64,000 nucleotides of DNA from Elusimicrobiota bacterium (lineage in GTDB: Bacteria; Elusimicrobiota; Elusimicrobia; JACQPE01), in NCBI GenBank assembly GCA_016180815.1, contig JACPAN010000003.1, positions 14,570 through 78,569 on the forward strand. Direction: 5' to 3'. The notes under the pieces were generated by a model. The model saw nothing but the letters and a program-made list of their open reading frames with translations. It searched no databases and was not told the DNA's origin. Shown piece by piece: positions 46,304 through 55,851 of the stretch (position 1 is its first letter; every line of letters starts with the position of its first letter). Made by a program: the position numbers and the translations under genes.

Positions 46304-48027
46304 GCTACGTTCAGGCCGTTGTTCTGGGCATTGTCCAGGGTTTAAGCGAGTTTTTGCCGATTTCAAGCTCCGCTCATCTGGTGTTGATTCCCTGGATGGC
46401 CAAATGGGGGGATCAGGGCCTGGCTGTTGATGTGGCGTTGCATTGGGGCACATTGGCCGCGGTTTTGGCTTATTTCTGGAAGGATTGGTTCGCCCTGGCT
46501 AAAGCCGCCCTTAAGCGGGAACATTCATCGGAACATCGTTTATTTTGGGGTATTGCCCTAGGGACTCTGCCCGCTGCTTTAGCCGGTCTTTTTTTGGATG
46601 ATTTGGCGGAGACAGCGTTCCGGTCTCCGCATCGCATTGCTTGGCCTTTGATGATATTCGGCGTGCTGTTGTGGCTGGCCGACCGATGGGGCCGCAAAAA
46701 CAAAACGATCAAAGCGATGGACTTGAAAGCTTGCATTTTGGTCGGCTTGGCCCAAGCCTTGGCTTTGGTGCCGGGGGTGTCGCGTTCCGGAATCACGATC
46801 ACCGCGGCTTTGTTTTTGGGTTTTGAGCGCAAAACAGCGGCTCGTTTTTCATTTCTTTTGTCCGTGCCCATTGTCCTGGCCGCCGGCGTGTTGAAACTGA
46901 AGGATTTAGGTCCGGCTGCGGCTTCAGGCTCTTTTTGGGCGGGTGTTCTTGCTGCGGCGCTGTCAGGGTATGGGGCGATTCGCTTTTTGTTGGGCTATGT
47001 CCAGAAAAAGGATATGGGTGTTTTCGCTTTTTACCGGGTTCTGTTGGGGGTACTTGTGTTGTTGCTTTGGGCGGGCAACCCGCATCGTTTATCCGCCAAA
47101 TTATTAAGGGAGGCGCTTCCCGCTCAAATGTCAAAATCGGAAAATATGAGTTCAGAGGCCCGGCATTTGCATGCTCATGTTTCCATGCTGGCGGGAACAA
47201 TCGGCGAGAGGAACCCCTTTAATCGTCCGGCCTTGGATCAAGCCCAGCGATACATCGAGAAACAGTTCCGCTCCTTGGGTTTGAAGCCCATGGTTCAGGA
47301 GTATCGCTCGGACGGCCTGTCCATGATCGACGACGGCACTGTGTTTTACAACGTTGAGGCGCGTTTGGGCGAAGGGGCAGGCCGCCCCGTTTTGGTGATC
47401 GGCGCCCATTATGACAGCGCTCCCGGAACCCCGGGCGCGGATGATAATGCCAGCGGCACGGCCGCGCTGCTGGAATTGGCCCGCCAGCTTAAGGATAAGC
47501 CTCTGACGCGCGAGATCAGGCTGGTCGCTTTTTCCAATGAGGAGCCGCCCGCGTTTTTCACCAGGAATATGGGCAGCTTTCATTATGCTCAGGCTTTAAA
47601 AAAAGAGGGCCGTCCGGTGATCGGTATGATCAGTCTGGAAATGCTGGGTTATTACAATGACAGCCCGGGCTCGCAGATTTACCCGCCTTTTCTTTCCTTG
47701 TTTTATCCTAAGGAGGGAAATTTTATCGGGTTAGTCGGGAATTTGCCGAGCCGCCGGTTTTTGAAGGCCTGCCGCCAAGCCTGGCAGGGAGCGTCGGACT
47801 TTCCTCTGGAAACCGCGGCGTTGCCTGGTTTTATCTCGGCCACCGTTTTATCCGATCATTTTAATTTCCAACGGGCCGGTTTTCCCGGCCTGATGTTGAC
47901 GGACACGGCTTTTTACCGCAATCCTCACTATCATGAAGCCACGGATACGCCCCAGCGGCTTGATTATGAGCGCATGGCCAAGCTGCTGGAGGCGCTTTCG
48001 GGGATGGCTCTGACCCTGGCCAAGTAG
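46300..48027 (+). CDS. uppP: Fusion: undecaprenyl-diphosphatase UppP/BacA + M28 metallopeptidase
   Basis: VQGLSEFLPISSSAHL, PGVSRSGIT, ARFSFLLS.P, FAFYR; then GAHYDS, PGADDNASG, NEE, LEMLGYY, SDH, YH. One uninterrupted frame. Confidence 0.88.
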   Translation: MSYVQAVVLGIVQGLSEFLPISSSAHLVLIPWMAKWGDQGLAVDVALHWGTLAAVLAYFWKDWFALAKAALKREHSSEHRLFWGIALGTLPAALAGLFLDDLAETAFRSPHRIAWPLMIFGVLLWLADRWGRKNKTIKAMDLKACILVGLAQALALVPGVSRSGITITAALFLGFERKTAARFSFLLSVPIVLAAGVLKLKDLGPAAASGSFWAGVLAAALSGYGAIRFLLGYVQKKDMGVFAFYRVLLGVLVLLLWAGNPHRLSAKLLREALPAQMSKSENMSSEARHLHAHVSMLAGTIGERNPFNRPALDQAQRYIEKQFRSLGLKPMVQEYRSDGLSMIDDGTVFYNVEARLGEGAGRPVLVIGAHYDSAPGTPGADDNASGTAALLELARQLKDKPLTREIRLVAFSNEEPPAFFTRNMGSFHYAQALKKEGRPVIGMISLEMLGYYNDSPGSQIYPPFLSLFYPKEGNFIGLVGNLPSRRFLKACRQAWQGASDFPLETAALPGFISATVLSDHFNFQRAGFPGLMLTDTAFYRNPHYHEATDTPQRLDYERMAKLLEALSGMALTLAK

Positions 48028-48040
48028 GTATACTTACCCT

Positions 48041-48511
48041 ATGCCTGAAGTTTATTTAAGCCGAGCGGGTTTTGAGAAGCTCAGAAAAGACTTGGATGAG
48101 CTCAAAAAGGAGAGAACGCGCTTGTCCGAAGAAATCGGCGAAGCCGCCTCCCAGGGGGATTTGCGCGAGAATTTCGGCTATCACGCGGCCAAAGCCCGGC
48201 AAGCCGATGTCTTAAGGCGCATTGCCGAGATCGAACAAAAACTGCTTTCAGCCCGCCTCTTCGATGAATTGGATATCCCCAAAGGCGAGGTCAGAATCGG
48301 CACCAGAGTGACGTTGGAAGAAGTGCCCAGCAAGGAAACTTACGAGTGGGCTTTAGTCGGGGCCGATGAAGCTGATGCTGATGACGGCAAAATTTCAGTG
48401 CATGCCCCTCTGTCTCAAGGTTTGTTGGGCCATAAGGCCGGGGAAACAGTCAAAGTCGAGCTGCCCCGCGGCCCGTCCACTTACAAAATCCTTAAAGTCG
48501 AAAGACTTTAA
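48041..48511 (+). CDS. greA: Transcription elongation factor GreA
   Basis: GDLRENFGYHAAK; GKIS..APL..GLLGHK.GE. Confidence 0.93.
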   Translation: MPEVYLSRAGFEKLRKDLDELKKERTRLSEEIGEAASQGDLRENFGYHAAKARQADVLRRIAEIEQKLLSARLFDELDIPKGEVRIGTRVTLEEVPSKETYEWALVGADEADADDGKISVHAPLSQGLLGHKAGETVKVELPRGPSTYKILKVERL

Positions 48512-48581
48512 GCGGCGTTTGTTCCCGGCTGCCTCCGTCTGAGGCGTTCGCCAATTTAGTATAAACTTCCTCGTCTTCTTC

Positions 48582-50048
48582 ATGAGGCAGCGCCAGGAAT
48601 CGGACCCTGTTCCCCTGAAAGAAATCGAAGCCAACTTCGAGGATATTCATCCGCCCTTAAAACCCGAACAAGCCGCGATTGAGGCCAATCGTTGCCTTTA
48701 TTGCTACGACGCGCCGTGCATGACGGCTTGCCCCACGCATATCGAAGTGCCCCGTTTCATCAAACAAATCGCCGCCAAAAATCCGAAAGGCGCGGCTAAA
48801 ATCATTTTAGAGGCGAACCCTATGGGCCATTCCTGCGCCCGGGTATGCCCGGTTGAAGCGCTTTGTGAAGGCGCTTGCGTGTACCATGATTGGCATCAAA
48901 AGCCCATTGAAATCGCCCGGCTTCAGCGCGCGGCCACGGATTTTGTTTATAGCCGAGGAGCCCGCCTTTTTGAGGCCGGTGTCAAACAATCGAAAAAAGT
49001 CGCTGTGATCGGAGCCGGGCCTGCCGGGCTTTCCACGGCTTTTTATTTAAGGCGTTTGGGTTATCCGGTCACGATTTTTGAGAAAAGGCCGTTAGCCGGC
49101 GGTTTGAATACCTACGGCATCGCGGAATATAAAATGACACAGGCCACGGCTTTACAAGAGACCCAGCTTGTCGCGGAATTGGGCGCGGAGTTTAAATTCG
49201 GCGTTGAAATCGGCAAGGATATTTCCTGGGAAAAGCTCGAAAAAGAGTACGACGCCGTTTTCGTGGGCATTGGTTTGGGCCGGACCCAGGCTTTGAATAT
49301 TCCGGGCGAGGAATTAAGCGGGGTTTCGGACGCGCTTTCCTTTATTGAGCAGATTAAAACCAGGAAATTCGACGCCATCACCCCCGGGCGCGTGACCGTG
49401 GTCATCGGCGCAGGCAACACAGCCATCGATGCCGTGACCCAAGCCAAGCGCCTGGGCACGCCCAAAGTCATATTGGCTTATCGCCGGAGCCGGAATGAAA
49501 TGAGCGCTTATGACTATGAATATGAGCTGGCCAAAAAAGACGCGGTCGAGTTTTTATGGAACGCCGCGCCTAAGAAAATCGTGGGCAAAGGGAAAGCCGA
49601 AGGGATTGAATTTGTCAGAACCAAAACCGAAGGCGTTGGGCGCAAGGCTGAGCTAAAAATCATCCCCGGTTCCGAGTTTATCGTGCCCTGCGACCGGGTG
49701 ATTAAAGCCGTGGGGCAAATGAAACAGCGCTCGGTTTTGGAGCGAGTCCGTATTTTGGAATTGGACGCCACCGGCCGCATCGCGGTCAATTCTAAAACAC
49801 TGCAATCATCAAACCCGAAATACTTTGCGGGCGGAGACGCCATCAACGGCGGCAAAGAAGTGGTCAACGCCGCTCAAGACGGAAAACGGGCGGCCTGGGC
49901 CATTCATTGTTATTTAGGCGGCGACCCGCAACCCGCGCCTGAGCACGCGTATTGGGTGTCCACAATCGATGTTCGCCGCATGGCCCCGCCTTTAAGGGAA
50001 AAACAGAATCCGAAACATGAACAAAAAAAAGAACTCTCCTCAGTCTAA
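48582..50048 (+). CDS. preT: Dihydropyrimidine dehydrogenase, GltD-like subunit
   Basis: RCLYCYDAPC..ACP; CARVCP...CEGAC; IGAGPAG; IGAGNTAIDA; adjacent to preA. Confidence 0.9.
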   Translation: MRQRQESDPVPLKEIEANFEDIHPPLKPEQAAIEANRCLYCYDAPCMTACPTHIEVPRFIKQIAAKNPKGAAKIILEANPMGHSCARVCPVEALCEGACVYHDWHQKPIEIARLQRAATDFVYSRGARLFEAGVKQSKKVAVIGAGPAGLSTAFYLRRLGYPVTIFEKRPLAGGLNTYGIAEYKMTQATALQETQLVAELGAEFKFGVEIGKDISWEKLEKEYDAVFVGIGLGRTQALNIPGEELSGVSDALSFIEQIKTRKFDAITPGRVTVVIGAGNTAIDAVTQAKRLGTPKVILAYRRSRNEMSAYDYEYELAKKDAVEFLWNAAPKKIVGKGKAEGIEFVRTKTEGVGRKAELKIIPGSEFIVPCDRVIKAVGQMKQRSVLERVRILELDATGRIAVNSKTLQSSNPKYFAGGDAINGGKEVVNAAQDGKRAAWAIHCYLGGDPQPAPEHAYWVSTIDVRRMAPPLREKQNPKHEQKKELSSV

Positions 50049-51360
50049 GAACGGACATCGACCGAAACCCGACTTAAGCGCCAATTGCGCGGGCATCAAG
50101 TCCCCGAACCCGTTTTGGCTGGCTTCCGCGCCGCCCTCGAATTCCGGCGAGCAGGTGATGCGCGCTTTTGAATACGGCTGGGGCGGGGCCGTGTGGAAAA
50201 CCTTGGGCCAGGACCCTCCGGTGATCAACACCACCTCGCGTTACGGGGCCATTGAAATCAACGGCATGAAAATGGCGGGCTTCAATAATATCGAGCTGAT
50301 CACCGACCGTCCCTTGGAAGACAATTTGCGCGAAATTCGCGAGGTCAAAAGAAGATTTCCCAAGCATGCGGTGATCGCTTCACTCATGGTGCCCTGCGAC
50401 CGTCAAACATGGCATGAAATCGTCAAGAAAACCGAAGACACGGGCTGCGACGGGTTGGAGCTGAATTTCGGCTGCCCACACGGCATGTCCGAGCGCGGCA
50501 TGGGTTCAGCGGTCGGGCAAGTGCCGGATTACGTCAAAATGGTGGTGGAATACGTCAAAGAGGCGGCGCGGACCCCCGTTTTAGTCAAGCTGACCCCTAA
50601 TATCACGGATGTGCGCTACCCGGCCCGGGCCGCTAAAGCAGGCGGAGCGGATGGGATTTCTTTAATCAACACTATTAATTCCATTATGGGTGTTGATCTG
50701 AACACCTTGAAGCCAAAGTTTGCGGTGGATGGGCAAGTCGCGCATGGCGGTTATTGCGGCCCGGCCGTTAAACCGATCGCTTTGCACATGATTTCTTCCT
50801 TGGCGACTGACCCCGAAGTCAAAGGATTGCCCATTTCCGGTATCGGCGGCGTTTCAACCTGGTCGGATGCGGTTGAATTCATGCTCTTGGGGTCTTCTTC
50901 GGTTCAGGTCTGCACCGCGGTTATGCATTATGGCTTTCGCATTGTTGAGGACATGATTCAGGGCTTGACCGACTGGATGGAGGATAAGGGCTTCTCAAAG
51001 CTTGAAGATTTCATCGGTAAAACCGCGCCCAATGTGGTTGATTGGAAAAGGCTCAACCTTCACGCCAAAACCGTGGCCAAAATCGACCCGGAGAAATGTA
51101 TTCAATGTGATTTGTGCTATATCGCCTGCAATGACACGGCTCATCAATGCATCGCCATTGACCGGAAAAACGGCAATAAGACCCCGTATGTGATCGAAGA
51201 GGACTGCGTGGGCTGCAATTTATGCGCCATCGTCTGTCCGGTGGACAATTGCATTGAAATGAAGCCGGTTGAAACCGGCAACAAGCCGTTAACCTGGGAA
51301 GAATACACGGCCAAAGGATTTAAGGGTTATAGGGAAGTGTATAAGAGGTTCCATGAGTGA
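50017..51360 (+). CDS. preA: Dihydropyrimidine dehydrogenase FMN/Fe-S subunit
   Basis: NPFWLASAPP; LELNFGCPHGM; KLTPN; SGIGG; two 4Fe-4S motifs (CIQCDLC, CVGCNLC). Confidence 0.95.
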   Translation: MNKKKNSPQSKNGHRPKPDLSANCAGIKSPNPFWLASAPPSNSGEQVMRAFEYGWGGAVWKTLGQDPPVINTTSRYGAIEINGMKMAGFNNIELITDRPLEDNLREIREVKRRFPKHAVIASLMVPCDRQTWHEIVKKTEDTGCDGLELNFGCPHGMSERGMGSAVGQVPDYVKMVVEYVKEAARTPVLVKLTPNITDVRYPARAAKAGGADGISLINTINSIMGVDLNTLKPKFAVDGQVAHGGYCGPAVKPIALHMISSLATDPEVKGLPISGIGGVSTWSDAVEFMLLGSSSVQVCTAVMHYGFRIVEDMIQGLTDWMEDKGFSKLEDFIGKTAPNVVDWKRLNLHAKTVAKIDPEKCIQCDLCYIACNDTAHQCIAIDRKNGNKTPYVIEEDCVGCNLCAIVCPVDNCIEMKPVETGNKPLTWEEYTAKGFKGYREVYKRFHE

Positions 51361-51444
51361 GGGAATTCAGGAAATGCGCGAACCGGTCACAAATTGTGAT
51401 CACTTTCTACGGAGAGAAATTCAAATTTGAAGAGAAGATTACTC

Positions 51445-52017
51445 ATGAAAAATTTAGTCCCTACGGAAGTCGTTGAACGTCGTATCTACGTTATACGCGG
51501 CCAAAAGGTCATGCTGGACAGGGATTTGGCTGACTTATACGGGGTTGAGACTAGGGTACTCAATCAAGCCGTTAAACGGAACATTGAGCGCTTTCCGAAG
51601 GATTTTATGTTTCGGTTGAATAAAAAAGAAACAAAAAATTGGATATCACAAATTGTGATATCCAATTTTGCGGTTAAGATGGGCTTAAGAAAGCCGCCTT
51701 ATGCATTTACTGAATATGGCGCCATGATGTTAGCTAGCGTGCTTAACTCACAAAGGGCCATCGATATGAGCGTTTATATCGTTAGGGCTTTCATCAAATT
51801 GCGCGAACTATTGGTCACGCATAAAGATTTGGCTCAGAAACTAGCCCAGTTTGAAAATAGATTGGAAAGCCATGAAGGCCATATCCAATCGCTTTATGAT
51901 GCCATCCACAGGCTCATGGAATCGCCAGAGCCGCCGGATGAGCCTAAGCGCCGTATCGGCTTTGAGGTGAAAGAAAAACGGGCGGCTTACGCCGTCAACG
52001 GCAATATTTATGATTAG
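51445..52017 (+). CDS. ORF6N-domain DNA-binding protein
   Basis: IYVIRGQKVMLDRDLADLYGVET..LNQAVKRNIERFP.DFMF; PYAFTEYGAMMLASVLNS; RIGF. Confidence 0.92.
   Translation: MKNLVPTEVVERRIYVIRGQKVMLDRDLADLYGVETRVLNQAVKRNIERFPKDFMFRLNKKETKNWISQIVISNFAVKMGLRKPPYAFTEYGAMMLASVLNSQRAIDMSVYIVRAFIKLRELLVTHKDLAQKLAQFENRLESHEGHIQSLYDAIHRLMESPEPPDEPKRRIGFEVKEKRAAYAVNGNIYD
51635..51669. repeat. Perfect 35-bp palindrome inside ORF6N
   Basis: AAAATTGGATATCACAA-A-TTGTGATATCCAATTTT. Confidence 0.95.
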
Positions 52018-52651
52018 GATTTTTAAGGATGACCGCGAAAAAAACTGCCGAAGGCAGCAACAATTGATCATCCTAATAATGACGTTATTTATTCCGTTTT
52101 TAGTTCTGGGCGCTCAAAAAAGTTCGGATGTTGACTGCGCTCCTAAGGCGATAGAAGGAGGTGCGCTTGTTTTTAAAAATGGCCAGCGCCTGGTAACACC
52201 ACTCAGAGGTCTTTCCTTCGTCGGCTGCCTGGCTTCCAAAACGAAAATGCCATATTTATTGCTTTTCGGACGGGAGTGCGACGAATGTGATGATCCGGGC
52301 GGCCTTTGGCTCCATCCTTTGAATGATCCGTGGCCTGAAGATTCGAAAAAACTTAGGAGGTTTTCCTATCCTGGGAAATCCTTTGATCTTAACAGCGACA
52401 ATAAATTAATGGAAAAAACTCGTGTCTTTTTCGGTCATTGTTTTCAGGATGGAGCGGAAGGATTTATTTTATTTTCAGACTACGTTTTTGAGAAAACCAA
52501 GCAGGTATACTGGGTGAAGATCGATAAATCGGGTAATACCACCCAAAAACGTTACGTCAAAAATCTACCGGATATCAATAAAATTTTGCAAAAAGTTGTG
52601 AATAAAACTTGCCATGAAATCCCGGGAAAGGACCAGTATGATTACTATTGA
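52010..52651 (+). CDS. Hypothetical exported protein
   Basis: Hydrophobic N-terminal segment; several Cys (ECDEC); AT-rich; overlaps the ORF6N stop. Confidence 0.55.
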   Translation: MIRIFKDDREKNCRRQQQLIILIMTLFIPFLVLGAQKSSDVDCAPKAIEGGALVFKNGQRLVTPLRGLSFVGCLASKTKMPYLLLFGRECDECDDPGGLWLHPLNDPWPEDSKKLRRFSYPGKSFDLNSDNKLMEKTRVFFGHCFQDGAEGFILFSDYVFEKTKQVYWVKIDKSGNTTQKRYVKNLPDINKILQKVVNKTCHEIPGKDQYDYY

Positions 52652-52799
52652 TAAAAAGCGCGCCGATGCCAACAAAAAGCGTTTTACCTTGAAAAAGAAA
52701 TTTTTCATATTCAAAAAGACCGAAAGCTGTCATGCGTCAAGCTGTGGCCGATGAGCTGGCAGCTTCGGGAGTTCATTGGTTTCTCAGGAGGAAATTGCT

Positions 52800-53675
<876 letters not shown>

Positions 53676-53693
53676 TAGGCCGGTAAAAGACCC

Positions 53694-55259
53694 ATGGATA
53701 CCCTGAAAAATGCGGCTCTTTTAAACGGCCAGGCTAACATACCATTGGCTGGTATTCGCGTGACCGGCGGCATTCATGAGCTGGAGGCGGATTTAAGCCG
53801 TTCTCCGCATTGGAATCACGACCTAGCCCCCACGAAACTCAAGAACCGCAAATGGGGCATGTGGGATATTGCCGCGCTGTGGATCGGCATGTCCGTGTGC
53901 ACCACCACCTACATGCTGGCCTCCTCTTTGATCGCCCAAGGTATGTCCTGGTGGCAAGCGATTCTCACCATTGCTCTGGGCAACGTCGTCGTCTTGATAC
54001 CCATGATTTTAAACGCCCATGCCGGAACCAAATACGGCATTTCATTTCCGGTTTATTGCCGGGCCTCCTTCGGCGTGTTGGGCTCCAATATCCCGGCTGT
54101 TCTGCGGGCGTTGGTGGCTTGCGGCTGGTTTGGGATTCAGACTTGGATCGGAGGCTGGGCCATTTTTAAGCTCATGACCGTGTTTTATCCTTCCTGGGAC
54201 GCTTTGCCCGCTCATTATTTCGGCATTAACGCGGCCCAGCTCGGGTGTTTTTTGGGTTTTTGGGCCCTGAATATGGCGATTGTGTGGAAAGGCATGGAAT
54301 CCATCCGCCATGTCGAGGGCTTGTCCGCGCCGCTTCTGTTGGTTATGGGCGCGGCGCTTCTCATTTGGGCTTATGTTAAGGCCGGGGGTTTCGGCCCTAT
54401 GCTTAGCCAGCCGTCTCAATTTGTCGCGGGTGGCCCCAGGGAAGGGCAATTCTGGAGCTTTTTCTTTCCGGCTTTAACAGGCATGGTGGGCTACTGGGCG
54501 ACTTTGTCCCTGAATATTCCGGACTTCACTCGATATGCAAAATCGCAGAAGGATCAGATGGCGGGACAGGCTTTAGGCTTGCCGACCACGATGACTCTTT
54601 ATTCATTCGTGGGCGTGGCCGTGACCTCGGCTACCATCGTTATTTTCGGGGAAGCGATTTGGGACCCGGTTGTTTTGTTGTCCAAGTTTTCAAATCCCGC
54701 GATTATCATTGTTTCCATGCTGGCTTTGACGCTGGCCACGCTCACCACCAATTTAGCCGCCAATGTGGTGAGTCCGGCCAATGATTTTGCCAATCTCTGG
54801 CCCAAGAAAATTTCTTTTAAAATCGGCGGGTTGATCACCGGCGTGATCGGCATTTTAATGATGCCTTGGAAATTAGTAGCTGACCCCACGGGCTATATTT
54901 TTACTTGGCTCATCGGCTATTCCGCTTTATTGGGTTCCATCGGCGGCGTGCTTCTGTGCGATTACTTTTTGATTCGCCGCGCCAAACTGGAATTGGCGGA
55001 GCTGTTTCGCCATCCGGGCGCGTACAGCTATTTGTCCGGCATTAATTACCGGGCCGTGGCTGCGCTGGTATCGGGCGTTTTGCCCTGTTTGCCCGGATTT
55101 TTAGGCACCATCGGCGCGGCCGATGTTTCCGGATTCTGGATGCATATGTACCACTACGCTTGGTTTGTCAGCTTTGCCGTCTCTTTTGGCGTTTATGCTA
55201 CTCTAATGGGTTCCCCGAATGCTGTCCGCGTTTCTGCGGCGGCAAAATCCAAAACTTAG
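53694..55259 (+). CDS. NCS1 nucleobase:cation symporter
   Basis: LWIGMSV, GISFPVYCRASFG, WFGIQTW, LNIPDFTR, NLAANVVSP. Confidence 0.93.
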   Translation: MDTLKNAALLNGQANIPLAGIRVTGGIHELEADLSRSPHWNHDLAPTKLKNRKWGMWDIAALWIGMSVCTTTYMLASSLIAQGMSWWQAILTIALGNVVVLIPMILNAHAGTKYGISFPVYCRASFGVLGSNIPAVLRALVACGWFGIQTWIGGWAIFKLMTVFYPSWDALPAHYFGINAAQLGCFLGFWALNMAIVWKGMESIRHVEGLSAPLLLVMGAALLIWAYVKAGGFGPMLSQPSQFVAGGPREGQFWSFFFPALTGMVGYWATLSLNIPDFTRYAKSQKDQMAGQALGLPTTMTLYSFVGVAVTSATIVIFGEAIWDPVVLLSKFSNPAIIIVSMLALTLATLTTNLAANVVSPANDFANLWPKKISFKIGGLITGVIGILMMPWKLVADPTGYIFTWLIGYSALLGSIGGVLLCDYFLIRRAKLELAELFRHPGAYSYLSGINYRAVAALVSGVLPCLPGFLGTIGAADVSGFWMHMYHYAWFVSFAVSFGVYATLMGSPNAVRVSAAAKSKT

Positions 55260-55272
55260 GGAGGATTAAAAA

Positions 55273-55773
55273 ATGCCCAACAATGAAGTGAAACCGATCC
55301 CTGATGGTTATCACACGGTGACGCCGTATTTATCCATCAAGGAAGCCGCTAAAGCCATTGAGTTCTATCAGAAGGCTTTCGGCGCCACAGTCAAAGAGCG
55401 CATGGACGGACCCGGGGGCAAGGTCATGCACGCTGAACTTAAATTCGGCGACTCGATCGTCATGCTGGCCGATGAATACCCTGAAATGCCGGGAGCTTGC
55501 TTGTCGCCCGCTACGCTTAAAGGCACGACTTTTATGATTCATTTATATGTCGAGAATGTGGATGCCGCTTTTAAAAAAGCGGTGGATGCCGGCTGCGTAG
55601 TAGAACGTCCGGTTCAAGATCAGTTCTATGGAGACCGAACCGGCGGCGTCAGGGACCCTTTTGGGCACCGTTGGTATTTGGGAACGCATAAAGAGGATTT
55701 GACCCCGGAACAGTTGAAGCAGCGCGCGCAGGAAATGTTCAAGCAGCCCAAAAAAGAAACAAGCAAAGCGTAA
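55273..55773 (+). CDS. VOC/glyoxalase (PhnB-like) protein
   Basis: YHTVTPYL, AIEFYQKAFGA, HAEL, DQFYGDR.G..RDPFGHRW. Confidence 0.9.
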   Translation: MPNNEVKPIPDGYHTVTPYLSIKEAAKAIEFYQKAFGATVKERMDGPGGKVMHAELKFGDSIVMLADEYPEMPGACLSPATLKGTTFMIHLYVENVDAAFKKAVDAGCVVERPVQDQFYGDRTGGVRDPFGHRWYLGTHKEDLTPEQLKQRAQEMFKQPKKETSKA

Positions 55774-55782
55774 GAAGCTTAT

Positions 55783-55818
55783 AGAGCCGGGACGCCTAAT
55801 TTTACGGCGTCCGGCTCT
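55783..55818 (+). terminator. GC-rich hairpin with a U-rich tail; possible internal terminator or processing site
   Basis: AGAGCCGG(G)ACGCC...GGCGTCCGGCTCT followed by cagatttttagttt. Confidence 0.6.
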
Positions 55819-55851
55819 CAGATTTTTAGTTTGAAGGTTAGGAGGAATGAC

